A DNA stretch of 64,000 bases from a virus, in IMG/VR virus record IMGVR_UViG_3300045125_000085, positions 1 to 64,000 of that record; one strand, given 5' to 3'. Below the pieces are notes generated by a model. That model searched no databases and was not told the origin of the DNA. It saw only the letters and a program-made list of their open reading frames with translations. The position numbers and the translations under genes are program-made. Below are positions 12,428 to 23,071 of the stretch, piece by piece. Every line of letters starts with the position of its first letter. Within the stretch, counting starts at the first letter, position 1.

Positions 12428-13955
12428 TCATAGCAAGGATGCTTGCTAAACGTAAGGATTGATGGAGGGTGCACGCGCGGCACTGGCGAATACACTTTCG
12501 TTGACATTATTGACTAACTGCTCCATGTTCAGTACCAAGTTGTCAAACTGATACTGATTTTGCGCTACGATAGGTGCGAAACAGATTATCACAGAACGAT
12601 GGAGCTACGTACTGGATGATCGGCTGACCCGCTAACGAGAGGTGATCCAAGTCTCACCGAAGATATCCGCCTGGATTTCTAAGCTGTATAACTCCTGACC
12701 ATCCGTAGGTAAAGTCATGAATGATCTCACTCTCTAGCGCTACGGATAAACATGTCATAGTGCCTGAGTCAGGTCTAAACCTGTCAGAGAGTTAGCTGAG
12801 ATGAGTACCGTGCTCATACGTCCACCGATGTCGTCATTAGTAGAGCGTAATGCGATCTTAGTGATCAGTAGCTCCATCATCAGAGCTGGTACCGCCTGGA
12901 TGAGATGGCTGGCTACGACAGTCGCTCTATCGGCACCATTCCAATAACTAGTCATGCCAGTATGATGCTGGGTAGTCTGCTGGGCTTGACCCGGTATGAT
13001 CAAGTTGACTCTTCCAGCTACACCTGGATCTAGTACTTCCAAGTCAGTGAAGCTGAACTGATAACCCGTAGGCTGATTCCTACGTTCACCTAACCAGCGT
13101 ATGAACGGATTCTCACTGATAGGTGTCTCCATCACAGCTTGCTTAGACTTACTCAGAATATCCGCATCACTATTGCCAAACTCAGATAACTGCGAAGATG
13201 TGAAGAAGCCATCGATCACTTTACTAATGTAAGTACCAGGTAAGTTATTCGCTCGATTACTCCGCTGTGGATCTGCACGCAGTACAGTACGTGCATCGTG
13301 AAAACCATCACCAGCATAACTACCGTACGTCATCAGTCGCACCTCGCAGATAGTTAGATTGCATACCACTGAAGACGTCTTGCGGACGCATCAGGTGTGC
13401 ATGTGTCTGCTGGGTGACTGAATGCCAAGTAGGATCGGCTACGACTTGGTAAGACTCGATCAAGCGATCCATCGTCGTATAACCCATAGGGCCATAGTTA
13501 GCGATCTGTTTGCCGATTACCATTACTGAGTTAATGATAAACTGCATCTGCGGATCGATGTGACCACCCATGCTAATCCCAGGGTAGTTAGTATAGCCTT
13601 GGAAGTAGTAGGTATTTTCGGTACCTAGACTGAACTGCACATTCACAATCAATACGAAGCGTATCCTACGCTCCTGCCAGCCATGCGGGATAGCGATTTC
13701 CCTACTAGCATCGACGGTAGCTGTGGGTGAGAGGATTTGACCAGCTACGCCTGAGAGTAGCTGACCAGTGATATGACCTGTACCAGCTTGATCGACACGA
13801 TTGATGACGGTGTTGAGCATCTGGGCATCCAGATGGCTCTGGTAAGGTCTATGGTAAAGCGGGTTATAGGTACCAGACTCTACCATGATGAGTTGTTCCA
13901 CCTGCATCTTAGTGACGCGGTGTCCGATTTCTGGTGCAAAAGGTATTTGTTGCAT
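12428..13955 (-). CDS. picA: PicA/Imp1 nuclear protein importer (phiKZ gp69-like); frameshifted
   Basis: About 510 codons; ESGTY...RPY, IPHGW--RRIRF, GYT, RPQDVF, S-R-NN----Y motifs. Directly downstream of the gp68-like gene. Confidence 0.75.
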
Positions 13956-13960
13956 AGTTA

Positions 13961-13982
13961 GTACTCCTATTAGTACGGGTGA
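13961..13982 (-). promoter_or_regulatory. RBS-overlapping hairpin element shared with chmA
   Basis: TCACCCGTACTAATAGGAGTAC; a near-identical copy lies at 24971-24993. Confidence 0.6.
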
Positions 13983-14007
13983 AATTACTAGCCGAACTGG
14001 CATCCGG

Positions 14008-15554
14008 TTATTTCCAGCTCTGACTACCGATCGTGATGACGAGATCGGCGATATCATTGCGGATGTTGTACGGGACTGAGAGTCGTTGTGTAGGGTTCGG
14101 GCCTACTACGTGCTCTACTAACTCATTGTCGGCAGTAAGCTTCCAGCTATACATAGACAGATTCTCGACTACAGGCATCGATGCTACGGATAGCCATGTT
14201 CACTGGCTTTTGTCCGCTACGTCGACTACCCGTATTCTTCATATACGGGTATAGCTCATCAAGACGATTCCTACGTTCCTTAGTCAACTGTGCACGTGAG
14301 TCCATACCGGATACTCTTAGCTCGTCACTAGAGATATCAGCATAACACGTAGACAGCAAAGCTAAGAAGTGAAAACCTCTAGCCCAGAGTACTGCTTGCA
14401 TGACACCCATGAGGTTGACGATACTAGGCTTACTGAGATAGAGTATGCCTTGCGGAGAGATGGCTGGTTTCATGACCCAGCGGAGTAGAGTGACTTGCGG
14501 ATCCCTGAGAGCGATGCTGTTGAGCACTTGTGCACTAGACACACTACGTTCCAGTAACTCAGGTGTCATAGCCTGACTCAGTCTAAATGCTACTGCTGCT
14601 AGATTAGAGACGCTATACTCTAAAATCGTCACATCACCTATCGAGATGTTGTGCTTGATTTTATACCGCTCCAGTACGGAATGCTTTTCCGAAGGGTCCG
14701 TACCGCCGTCATCGTAGTCCTTATCCTTAATCGGCATATCACTACCAGACTCTGGTGGCTTGATCTTCTGCGTGACGAACTTCCAGACGCTAGTCACTAG
14801 GTTAGCTTCAGGTACATTACCTATACCCGTCAAGTCACCTATGCAAAGACGTCTTACGAACACCATCGCGAGCATCCAGTCAGGAAAGTCTTCCGAGCTA
14901 ATGCCGTCGATGATGTTATCCTTGTTCTGGTTATCATCGCCTATGGCTAAGTCTATATAGAGCTTCAGCTTTTCATACGGCTCAGAATGCAGTACGTTCG
15001 CTTTAGAACATAAACGAAATGCTCTATGTTCCTTAAAGCGTGTACCAGTGTCTTGCCTAGACAGCGTGATGAACTCACCCCACACTGGGATCATAGGGCG
15101 GAAGATGATCGCTAAGCAAACTAGGCCGATATACTCACCTCTAGTATACGTCTGCTCGCGACTAGTCTTCTTATTCTCAGCAGGCTTATACTCATCAGCA
15201 AAACTAGCTGGGATGACGATATTGCTGACAAAGACGACCCAATGCCGGATCCGCTCATAGTCGTGGAAGTTAAGTAACTCTGCGACTGTGTTATTAAGGT
15301 CTTGCAGATAAACTAAAGCTTCGTAGTCTATACTGAGCTGATCGTAGATTCGCTTATACAGACTAAAAATGTAATCCTGCTCTTGTAGACTAAGTCCTGC
15401 CCAGAACTGATTGATCTGAGCGAATACGTCTACGTCTTGGAAAAGGCTTAGTAGTGAAACTACTGATCCTAAACTCTAACTTGCCGTCACCATGCGAGAC
15501 GAGTATCGCAGGTTTACTCGTCGGTGATAGCAGGTTGATGATTTCTGCTTTCAT
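14008..15554 (-). CDS. nvRNAP sigma-like promoter-specificity subunit (phiKZ gp68-like); frameshifted
   Basis: F-QINQFW, RPMIPVWGEFI, VRRL, LDELYP and PVN-A segments resemble gp68; synteny agrees. Confidence 0.85.
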
Positions 15555-15582
15555 GTATCTACCTCTTGCTGTATGACTGATG

Positions 15583-16077
15583 TCACTTCTTGTATAGCTG
15601 CATTGCCAGCTTTAGATTATCATGGTCTTTAGGCAGACCACGCCGCCGTACCATCATCCGGTACCAAGATACTAGCGCTTCAGGTGTATCTACTTTTACA
15701 CCGTCGATGACTTGGGTAGGCTGCTTTATTTTACCTTTGACCTCTGCAAAGAGCACAGGGTCGTAAAAGAGCTCACACCAGTCACCGATTTGTAAGCGTG
15801 GTTCGTTATTGAGCTCGGAGCTACTTAAACGAAGTCTACGATTACGTGCTATCATTTCCAAAGCTTCCTTGCTATCCACCATGCCGTCCACATCACCGGC
15901 AGTCTCCTTAGCACCGTAGATCGCTAAGGCAGATCCTGCTGATACGGCTATATGCTTGAGCTCATCTTCATTGAACTCTTTACGCATACGTGTAAGTATT
16001 TGCTCACCCGTCATAGGTTGGGCTGCTGCTAGCATCTCTAACGAGAGATTAAACCAGCTCTTTCTTTGGAAAAACAT
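15583..16077 (-). CDS. Pol-beta superfamily nucleotidyltransferase-like protein
   Basis: AGSAL-YG----GDVD (GS...DxD) and C-terminal R--PKD-D motif. Confidence 0.6.
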   Translation of the reverse strand: MFFQRKSWFNLSLEMLAAAQPMTGEQILTRMRKEFNEDELKHIAVSAGSALAIYGAKETAGDVDGMVDSKEALEMIARNRRLRLSSSELNNEPRLQIGDWCELFYDPVLFAEVKGKIKQPTQVIDGVKVDTPEALVSWYRMMVRRRGLPKDHDNLKLAMQLYKK

Positions 16078-16165
16078 GCTAAGTCTCCTAAGTGTCGACC
16101 GACCACGTAGAGCAGTCGGTCGAGTCAGTCCGATACGACATCGCTTCGATACCTACAAGAGTAGG

Positions 16166-16182
16166 CTCATTATTAGTATATG
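16166..16182 (-). promoter_or_regulatory. Early promoter motif for the NTase-gp68-picA-gp70 unit
   Basis: CATATACTAATAATGAG. Confidence 0.7.
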
Positions 16183-16216
16183 TCGTCATATTTGGCTGGA
16201 CGTGCGCATACTTAGG

Positions 16217-16916
16217 TTAAAACGGCACATCGTCATCGAACATCAAGCCACCTTCTTTACTCGGTGCATCTGAATCAAAGCCACTGGCTTTACGGGCAGG
16301 TGGTTGATTCGCAGGAGTATTGTTTTGACCACGTGATACAGGTGGTGGTGGGTTCAGCAAATAGTTCGCTAACAGATGTCCGTAGACTTGACGCAGCAGA
16401 TTCAGATGCGCCATAGCGGCTAAGCGTGATCCTTCTGCTTCAGTAATGACGCTGCCATCATTGTGATAGATTTTGTGCCATTCCGAGACTTGGAACGTAA
16501 ACTTGATCTTCGGTCTATTCTCAGCCGTCACACTCAGCCAGATCAGCTGGTTAGCATCTTTACCTATCCATACTTGCGAGTTCAGGATACGATCACCCGT
16601 AGGCTTATTATCCTCATACCGCGTCGTATAGCAATCTATCGCTTGTTTGATTTCATCCTTAGTACGGATGACGCTTTCAAACACTGTCAGAAAGATGTCA
16701 AACATCTCAGGCGACAGTCCTGCATAAATGATGCCTCTACCGATCGTATCGTTAGGGTCATTAGTAAAGACCGTGATACGCGGATTACCATCTCTAAAGC
16801 CGAATGAGAGCTTAGAGCGTACATTCTGCATACCAGGTGCAGGTGTGAACATCTGCAATCTTACAAAGTCTAAGATCTTAGTCGGGCCAGAGATCGCGTG
16901 GGGTCGTGTCAGTCAT
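16217..16916 (-). CDS. chmC: ChmC-like nucleus-associated nucleic-acid-binding protein (phiKZ gp67-like); 5' frameshift
   Basis: NPRITVFTNDPND motif, disordered C-terminal tail, position upstream of the gp68-like gene. Confidence 0.65.
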
Positions 16917-17014
16917 GATACTGCTCCTATTAAAAGGTCGTGGTAGAGTATGACCACCGCCATACGAGCGATGATCATACAGTATGATCCCGGCATATTT
17001 TTTGCTGGAATCCT

Positions 17015-17878
17015 CTATGCCGCCTTAAAAAGACGGCTTAAAAAGTCTTTATCAGGAAAGTCTAAGTCTAAGTGCATCCTTACCGTCATCCACTGCGTCA
17101 TAGGCGTCCACTGCCTGTTCCTAGAGATCTCTAAGATCAGTCGTCTCAGACTCGGTGCGGTAGGGCGTATCAGAGTGTGATCACCGAAGACATAAAGCAG
17201 CGGTCGATAAAACGGTAAGGTCTGCATAGGCTCTTTACTGAGCTCATAATACTTAGTGTACCGCATAGACTCCCTAGGCTTAAACTTACCCGTATGTGAC
17301 TCTAATAGTACTAAGCGATCGAACTTAGTATGCTGAGTCAGATCCATAGGCACATGCGTGATGATTAAGCTCTTAGTCCGCTTATCAGGGACGACTGCAT
17401 CCTTGACAGCTAGGTATTCCTTATTAGAGTTCTGCTTAATCAGCTTAGCTAGCACAGTATGCCATCGATTACTGAAGAATAACTGATCGGGCGTATGCTC
17501 TACTCTAGTATCGACGATATTTTGCTTCTGGTGTATAGCTAGTATCGGATACTCGGCATAATAGAAATACGGCGTACATACGCCTTTACCTTCTTGCTCA
17601 AAGATAGAGCTGATGACATCCAGCTCATGTTCTAAAGCTTCGAGTAAGTCACGCTCAGAGGCTGCTTTAAATTGCTCCTTAGTAATCGCTCCTACTAAGT
17701 TACGAAATATCGTAGCTAGATTGATCCAACATGTTTGAAACTGCTTGATATCACCTTTTTCAGGGATAGTGCGTTCAGGATCATACGGTGGTAAGCGGGG
17801 TTCAAATAGGCTTTCTAACGCTAACGATGTACCGATCGCGATCGGAAAGCCACCGATCGTACGGTCTGCTAGACTCAT
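17015..17878 (-). CDS. Conserved Chimalliviridae core protein (phiKZ gp66-like)
   Basis: R--G-FPIAIGTSLALE, WINL-T--RN, LLESHTG, YVFGD. Confidence 0.7.
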   Translation of the reverse strand: MSLADRTIGGFPIAIGTSLALESLFEPRLPPYDPERTIPEKGDIKQFQTCWINLATIFRNLVGAITKEQFKAASERDLLEALEHELDVISSIFEQEGKGVCTPYFYYAEYPILAIHQKQNIVDTRVEHTPDQLFFSNRWHTVLAKLIKQNSNKEYLAVKDAVVPDKRTKSLIITHVPMDLTQHTKFDRLVLLESHTGKFKPRESMRYTKYYELSKEPMQTLPFYRPLLYVFGDHTLIRPTAPSLRRLILEISRNRQWTPMTQWMTVRMHLDLDFPDKDFLSRLFKAA

Positions 17879-19060
17879 GGTAAAGACCTCCTGCGCATAA
17901 GGGCTGGATCGCTCCAGCCCTCTCTGCATTGATTTAAATGACGACTCGTAATCAAGCGCTCCAGCATTTGCTTTTGCAGGTCGGTGCACTCGTGACGAGT
18001 ATGGACTCTATTAAGGAGTAGGCCGGGTAGATTCTCAGCAGTCAAAGTGACGCCTTGGTAGCGATCTAATAATTTACCGCTACTAATAGTCTCTTCTACT
18101 TCTTCATCGACTACCAGCTTACTCCAGTTTAAGAAAGGAAACTGCTGACGTATGCTGTCGAATGCTAAGATAGCCGGATGATCGCGTTTAGCTTTGATCC
18201 GTATATAGCTATCTTTAGGTAACTTCCTGACCTTTTACGCTCTAGGTACTTAGCACTCTCCTCTACAGTCATCAGCTTTAAAGGGTATAGTCAGAAACAC
18301 TTTAGCTCTCGTGTTTTCTCTAAACCGCCAGTCATACTTACCGTCAGGATAGAGTGTACACTCGATACCACCTTTGGCTTCTTCTTCACCGTGAGCTAAT
18401 CTGTCGAAATGATCCTTGCGCTAAGATGCGCTCGTAGTGACTGTGATTATGCACATGTCCTATACTGATGACATAGCGGACTATCTTTAAATAGTCATGC
18501 TCATTATGCACACTCGCCATCATCTGCTGTATAGGTAGCTGGTACTGAAACATCCCGTGCATGACTGCGATATCGACCTGAGCTAGACCTTGCCCCGCTA
18601 AAGCAGCTAATGCTAGTTCATACGTCTTACTAGCTTGATCTGTCCATTCATCCGGAATATACAGGATGCTCATATCCCAGTCCGACATGACTTCTACATG
18701 CAGCGTATTGATATACTGCATATCGACACCACAGCGCATCGCTTTAGCTACGGTATCGAAGATGACGGATTGTCCCCAATCATGCCTAGGTGTACCTTCG
18801 AGTATCCTGAGACGGATATTAGCTTGACTACATAGCTCTAATAACCAAGCTACCCAGACACATGCTTCATGCACGTCAGGAGACTGAAACTCTAGTAAGC
18901 GATCAAACACATCACCACCGAGTACTAATAAGTCTAACGGCTTTTCTTTCCTATAGACGGCTAAGTACTCTTGTAGATTTAAGACTATATCCGCCGTGCT
19001 ATTCCTTCTGTGAAACAAGTGGATATCGCTGATGAATAAACAATGTCTGGGCTGGTGCAT
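17875..19060 (-). CDS. sbcD: SbcD/Mre11-like metallophosphoesterase nuclease; frameshifted
   Basis: SDIH, GDVFD, GTPRHD, MHG, GHVH and GSF motifs. Confidence 0.85.
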
Positions 19061-19062
19061 GA

Positions 19063-19677
19063 TCAGCCGACTTCTTCGTCGTAGTCTATGGTTTCGACAT
19101 TATTAACGCTAGTGACGACATCATTCTGCACAGTCTGAGTCTGCTTACCGTACTTAACCATAATCTCAGCCCAGCGACGTTTATATTCTTCAGGGAGTTG
19201 AGCATCTTTAAGCATGACATCCGCTTTATCAGCATAAGCGGCTTCTAAATAGCGTTCACCTTGAATAGGTATATTCTGCCTATGCATAGCTGCATGCTCG
19301 AATACATCTTTCATAGGCATGCCGTTCGGACGCGTCTGTACATCTAAGTACATCGTCGACATCAGTGGCGGTACGCGAAACAATTCCTTTTGCGTCACGT
19401 CATCTATGACTCTGACTTCAGCAGCAGGAGTACCGGCGATAGCGACCCAGGTACCGACTACACTCGTATCGGCTAAAGAGACCTCACCAGCAAAGTAAGG
19501 CAGGAAGTATTCTCTAAAGACGCTCTCAGGGATACGGCCTAAGACTTGGTCATTATCTACACAAAGCGCATTGAAGACTTTATCTGCGTCCTTAGACATC
19601 TGGGCCATGAGTTGGTTATACATACGGGCTTCTAAGGATTCAGACAGTTGTTCTGCAGCAGTAGGGGTTTGGCTCAT
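19063..19677 (-). CDS. Conserved hypothetical protein (phiKZ gp64-like)
   Basis: IPESVF-EYFLP, W--IAG, LFRVPPL; intact ORF in the core block. Confidence 0.7.
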   Translation of the reverse strand: MSQTPTAAEQLSESLEARMYNQLMAQMSKDADKVFNALCVDNDQVLGRIPESVFREYFLPYFAGEVSLADTSVVGTWVAIAGTPAAEVRVIDDVTQKELFRVPPLMSTMYLDVQTRPNGMPMKDVFEHAAMHRQNIPIQGERYLEAAYADKADVMLKDAQLPEEYKRRWAEIMVKYGKQTQTVQNDVVTSVNNVETIDYDEEVG

Positions 19678-19731
19678 GATGGTATTCTCTTTATTGGTAA
19701 GGGCTATTAGGTACCAGTATTGACAGGCGTA

Positions 19732-20157
19732 CTAGGTGCCTGTATTATTAATCGACGCTACTCTACTAAAGACGCCATTACGTTCTCGTAAGAGTTCATT
19801 CAGCGTATGGACTATACCGGTCTCAGGATCTTTGAAGGCAATGTAGATGACGATCTCGGCAGCACTACTATCGGCTGGAGTATTATCGGCGACATCAGCG
19901 ACGACATCTTCGAAGTAACGACCGAAGTAAAGCTGTAATGCTTGTCTTAGTTGTAAGACAGTTTGCATCATATCGCCTTGCGTAGCTTGGATGATCCAAG
20001 CCATGCTTGAAACATTGCCGACGTATAGTTGGGTCTGGCTGTAATCGGATAAAAAAAAGTGGGCCATTAAGTAGTCCGCTTTTTGCTTGGCATCCGTAAC
20101 CCAAGCATCCTCGGACAGCGCAGGCACTCTCCGAGGATCAGTTAACTCAGTAGCCAT
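19732..20157 (-). CDS. Conserved hypothetical core protein
   Basis: Intact 141-aa ORF with RBS; K-DYL--FF-SDYSQT motif. Confidence 0.7.
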   Translation of the reverse strand: MATELTDPRRVPALSEDAWVTDAKQKADYLMAHFFLSDYSQTQLYVGNVSSMAWIIQATQGDMMQTVLQLRQALQLYFGRYFEDVVADVADNTPADSSAAEIVIYIAFKDPETGIVHTLNELLRERNGVFSRVASINNTGT

Positions 20158-20288
20158 GGCTACTCTCCTATGGATAGAAAAAGACTATACCATAGTGAGC
20201 AGCCATTGCTTTTTACCTTACTGCATCATAGCGTACCACCACTAAGGTTACTGAGAGTATCGCTTACGCGTCCTTCCTTTATATTGCA

Positions 20289-20921
20289 TTACAGCGTACC
20301 GCCACTAGGGTTGGAAGGATCCTCCCCGGCATCTATCGCCATCCTGATGATGTCCCAAGTACGCACGATGTCTAATCGCTCAAACGTATCTAGTTCTCTG
20401 TCACCGGGTAAGAGATCTTCAGCATACTGACGACTGTACCAGCTAGGTTGTCCATCTACTTCATCCATTACGACTACGCCATCCATGACTCTACGCCAGT
20501 TATAATCCGCCTCAGCTATCTGACCAGGACTAAAGTCAGTCGTGTACAACTCACCATAGCCGTGACAGCGTTGTTGGATATGTAGCTCTCTTAGATCAGG
20601 TTGCGACATATTCCACCGCATCATCAGAGGCGGTGCGGCTTGCAGCTGCTCTAAAGTCTCTAAGTACACGATTTTATTCGGTGCAAATAAAGACTTAGCT
20701 GAGCGGACACGGCTCGTGCGAGTTGCGCTGCTTCACTGTTATAGATCTGTTCATAGACGCTACGTGAAGCCGCCATAAAGGCACGACCACTATCAGTCAA
20801 GGTCGCATTGACGCGATCGAGTTGAGACTCGATATATTGCTGGTTGATCGGATTCTCTTTGACGGTATAGGAGAGCATCGAACGCGCCATTACCGCCATA
20901 GACCACATTCGCGATAGCCAT
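20289..20921 (-). CDS. Conserved hypothetical core protein; frameshifted
   Basis: MAIANVVYGG...LQAAPPLM-RW...RRVMDG...EDPS. Confidence 0.7.
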
Positions 20922-20924
20922 ATT

Positions 20925-21100
20925 ACCACTCCGCGTATACGGGTACGCGCCCTTCTTGCAGGCATCTTTAATTTCTCAGCTGGTGTCAGATCTTGCTGCT
21001 TATGCTCTAACGCTTTCGTCGGTATCGTTTTTACCGTAGGTGTCGGCGATAGGATTTTATCCACTTTAGCCAACTGGTCTTTCTTGGTCGGATCTATCAT
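20925..21100 (-). CDS. Small basic hypothetical protein
   Basis: MIDPTKK... with RBS; fused to the next gene in the ORF track, probably through an indel. Confidence 0.35.
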
Positions 21101-21135
21101 TATCGTTTACCCTCTTTTGTATAGATAGTAGCGTT

Positions 21136-21456
21136 TTAGACAGGCAGGACATCGCTCCTTATTAATAGTAATAGGTTTTGCTGGACGTCGACTTTAAATG
21201 CCTGATGCTCTATCGGTAAGTAGGAAAAGTCCGGTGGCGTTAAAGGTGAGCGATGCTGCATACCGCGTATCAACATCTCTTCAGCTAAAGCGTCGTGTCG
21301 TGTAACATAACTCATAGGTTCGATTGCATTGCCAGCGATACGTCCGTTTATACGGACTTTACGTTGCCAGCTAGGCAGGAACTTATGCAGTTCACCATGT
21401 TCACCGAGCAAATGCTGATTGCATAAATAGCTCGGTGGTACCATCCACATCCTCAT
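21136..21456 (-). CDS. Pyrimidine-dimer DNA glycosylase/endonuclease V family protein
   Basis: MRMW-V-P--LC-QHLLGEH-ELH...RH--L--EM--RG--H-SP; ATGA overlap with the beta' stop. Confidence 0.75.
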   Translation of the reverse strand: MRMWMVPPSYLCNQHLLGEHGELHKFLPSWQRKVRINGRIAGNAIEPMSYVTRHDALAEEMLIRGMQHRSPLTPPDFSYLPIEHQAFKVDVQQNLLLLIRSDVLPV

Positions 21457-22927
21457 GCGTCAGGCAGTGCATTAAAGCGTGCTATCTGCTCTGCCGTAAA
21501 CTCATACCCTCTACGACTCGCTATGAAGTTCGAGATCGTGGCGACTACTGGCTTCGGTAAAGCGATACTACCTGAAACTTCACGTGGTCTAGTCAGCTCG
21601 AACACATTCTTATGCGGAGCTAGACCATACCATCGTTCTGCCATGTAGTGGTCTATAGCTAGACTCACGTTCATCTCGTCACCGTCAAAATCAGCATTAG
21701 GTGCCTTAGTGATCAAGATAGATATACTGATGGTATTATCATGCACATCGGTCTTGAACTTAGTAATGAACACTCTTTGTGCAGAACCTGCTAGCAGTGA
21801 TGGATTACGCTGGATGATGCAGACGATACGACGATCAGGCGATTCATACAACAGTTCATTCAGTAGCTTGTCTAGCAAGGGATGATACTTGTAGACGTGT
21901 CCATAGAGCATACCTATCGCATCATTCTGAGCGATACCCATCTTCATCAGCTTATTCAGTAGATGTGGCTGAAATGCCGTAATGCCGACTGACCATGGCA
22001 CATGGATCTCATCATAGGCATGATCATTCGTCAAAGATGAAATCACTGCTCTGAATGAGAAGTGCGACCTAGTACCGAATACATGCTTACGGGAATATAC
22101 CTGGCTTCTTAGACAAAGATGTCTTATAGAAGTTAAAGTAAAAGTCCGACAGCTTAGAGAGAGCCTTTACCGTCCTACGTTCCTTAGTCTTGACTGAGTA
22201 GTCTGAGAATGGGCTATCTATACCAGCGATCATCATGATCGCATCGATAGCTCCTACGTGGATAGGGTCTATCCATCTACCTGTACAGTTCTGCTCTAGG
22301 ATCAGTAGTGATTTATTCGGCAGCGGGATGTAGTGGCTGAATATACGCTCAGGAAAATCCTGCAGTAAGTGATACAAGTAATCAGTTTTGACTTGGCGCT
22401 TCTTCTTAAACTCCTTGTGATTAAACAAGATAGCCATGATGTCGTTGAAGTGGTCTATGAAGTAATTATAGCCACGCTCTACGCCCATCTCAGCTAGCTC
22501 ATTGATTATCACTGGCTGTTTTACATTCGGTCTATATGGTGCTGTCGCAGATCCACTGAATGATACTGAAGCCAGACTTAACGAAACGCTGATCTAGCAT
22601 GTACCAGATAGTAGGATTGATCAAAGCTCTGACCCCTTCCGGTGCTCTGAACCAGACTAAAGGCTCGATATCTTCATTAACGATCGAGCGCACTGGCTTA
22701 TGACAGTATTCGCACTCCACCTCGATGGCAAACTCACCTTTAGTCCTACCGCAATGACAAGACGGCAAGATAGAAATCATGTCAGTAGTATAGCGAGACA
22801 TGATTAGGTTGCGGATATAGTCACGACTATCCTCGAACACATTGCCTAGGTCATTGATGATGATAGGCGGAGATCTTAGCTGGGTGACTAGTTCGTTTAA
22901 ATCTACTAACTCTTGATAGACGGGCAT
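21453..22927 (-). CDS. nvRNAP beta' N-terminal/catalytic subunit (phiKZ gp55-56.1-like); frameshifted
   Basis: Zn ribbon C-CG...C--C, RNPSL, catalytic NADFDGD. Confidence 0.92.
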
Positions 22928-22949
22928 TGTATACCTCTAGTGTTGTAAT

Positions 22950-22966
22950 GACATAGATACTATATG
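22950..22966 (-). promoter_or_regulatory. Early promoter motif variant
   Basis: CATATAGTATCTATGTC upstream of beta'-N. Confidence 0.5.
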
Positions 22967-23015
22967 TGGTTTTATACGCATCCACATACAGTGTGTGGTA
23001 CTACTAAAAAAGTAC

Positions 23016-23058
23016 GGCATAAAGCCGGGAGAGCCCGATGAGGCTCTCCCGGCTATGC
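23016..23058 (-). terminator. Hairpin terminator after chmA
   Basis: AGCCGGGAGAGCC-loop-GGCTCTCCCGGCT flanked by GCATA/TATGC. Confidence 0.8.
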
Positions 23059-23071
23059 TCGTCCTTACTCC

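Noticed and set aside
8369-22927. Introns, inteins or homing endonucleases in split RNAP genes, as in phiKZ
   Set aside because: The fragments abut one another, total lengths fit uninterrupted subunits, and I saw no HNH or LAGLIDADG ORF.
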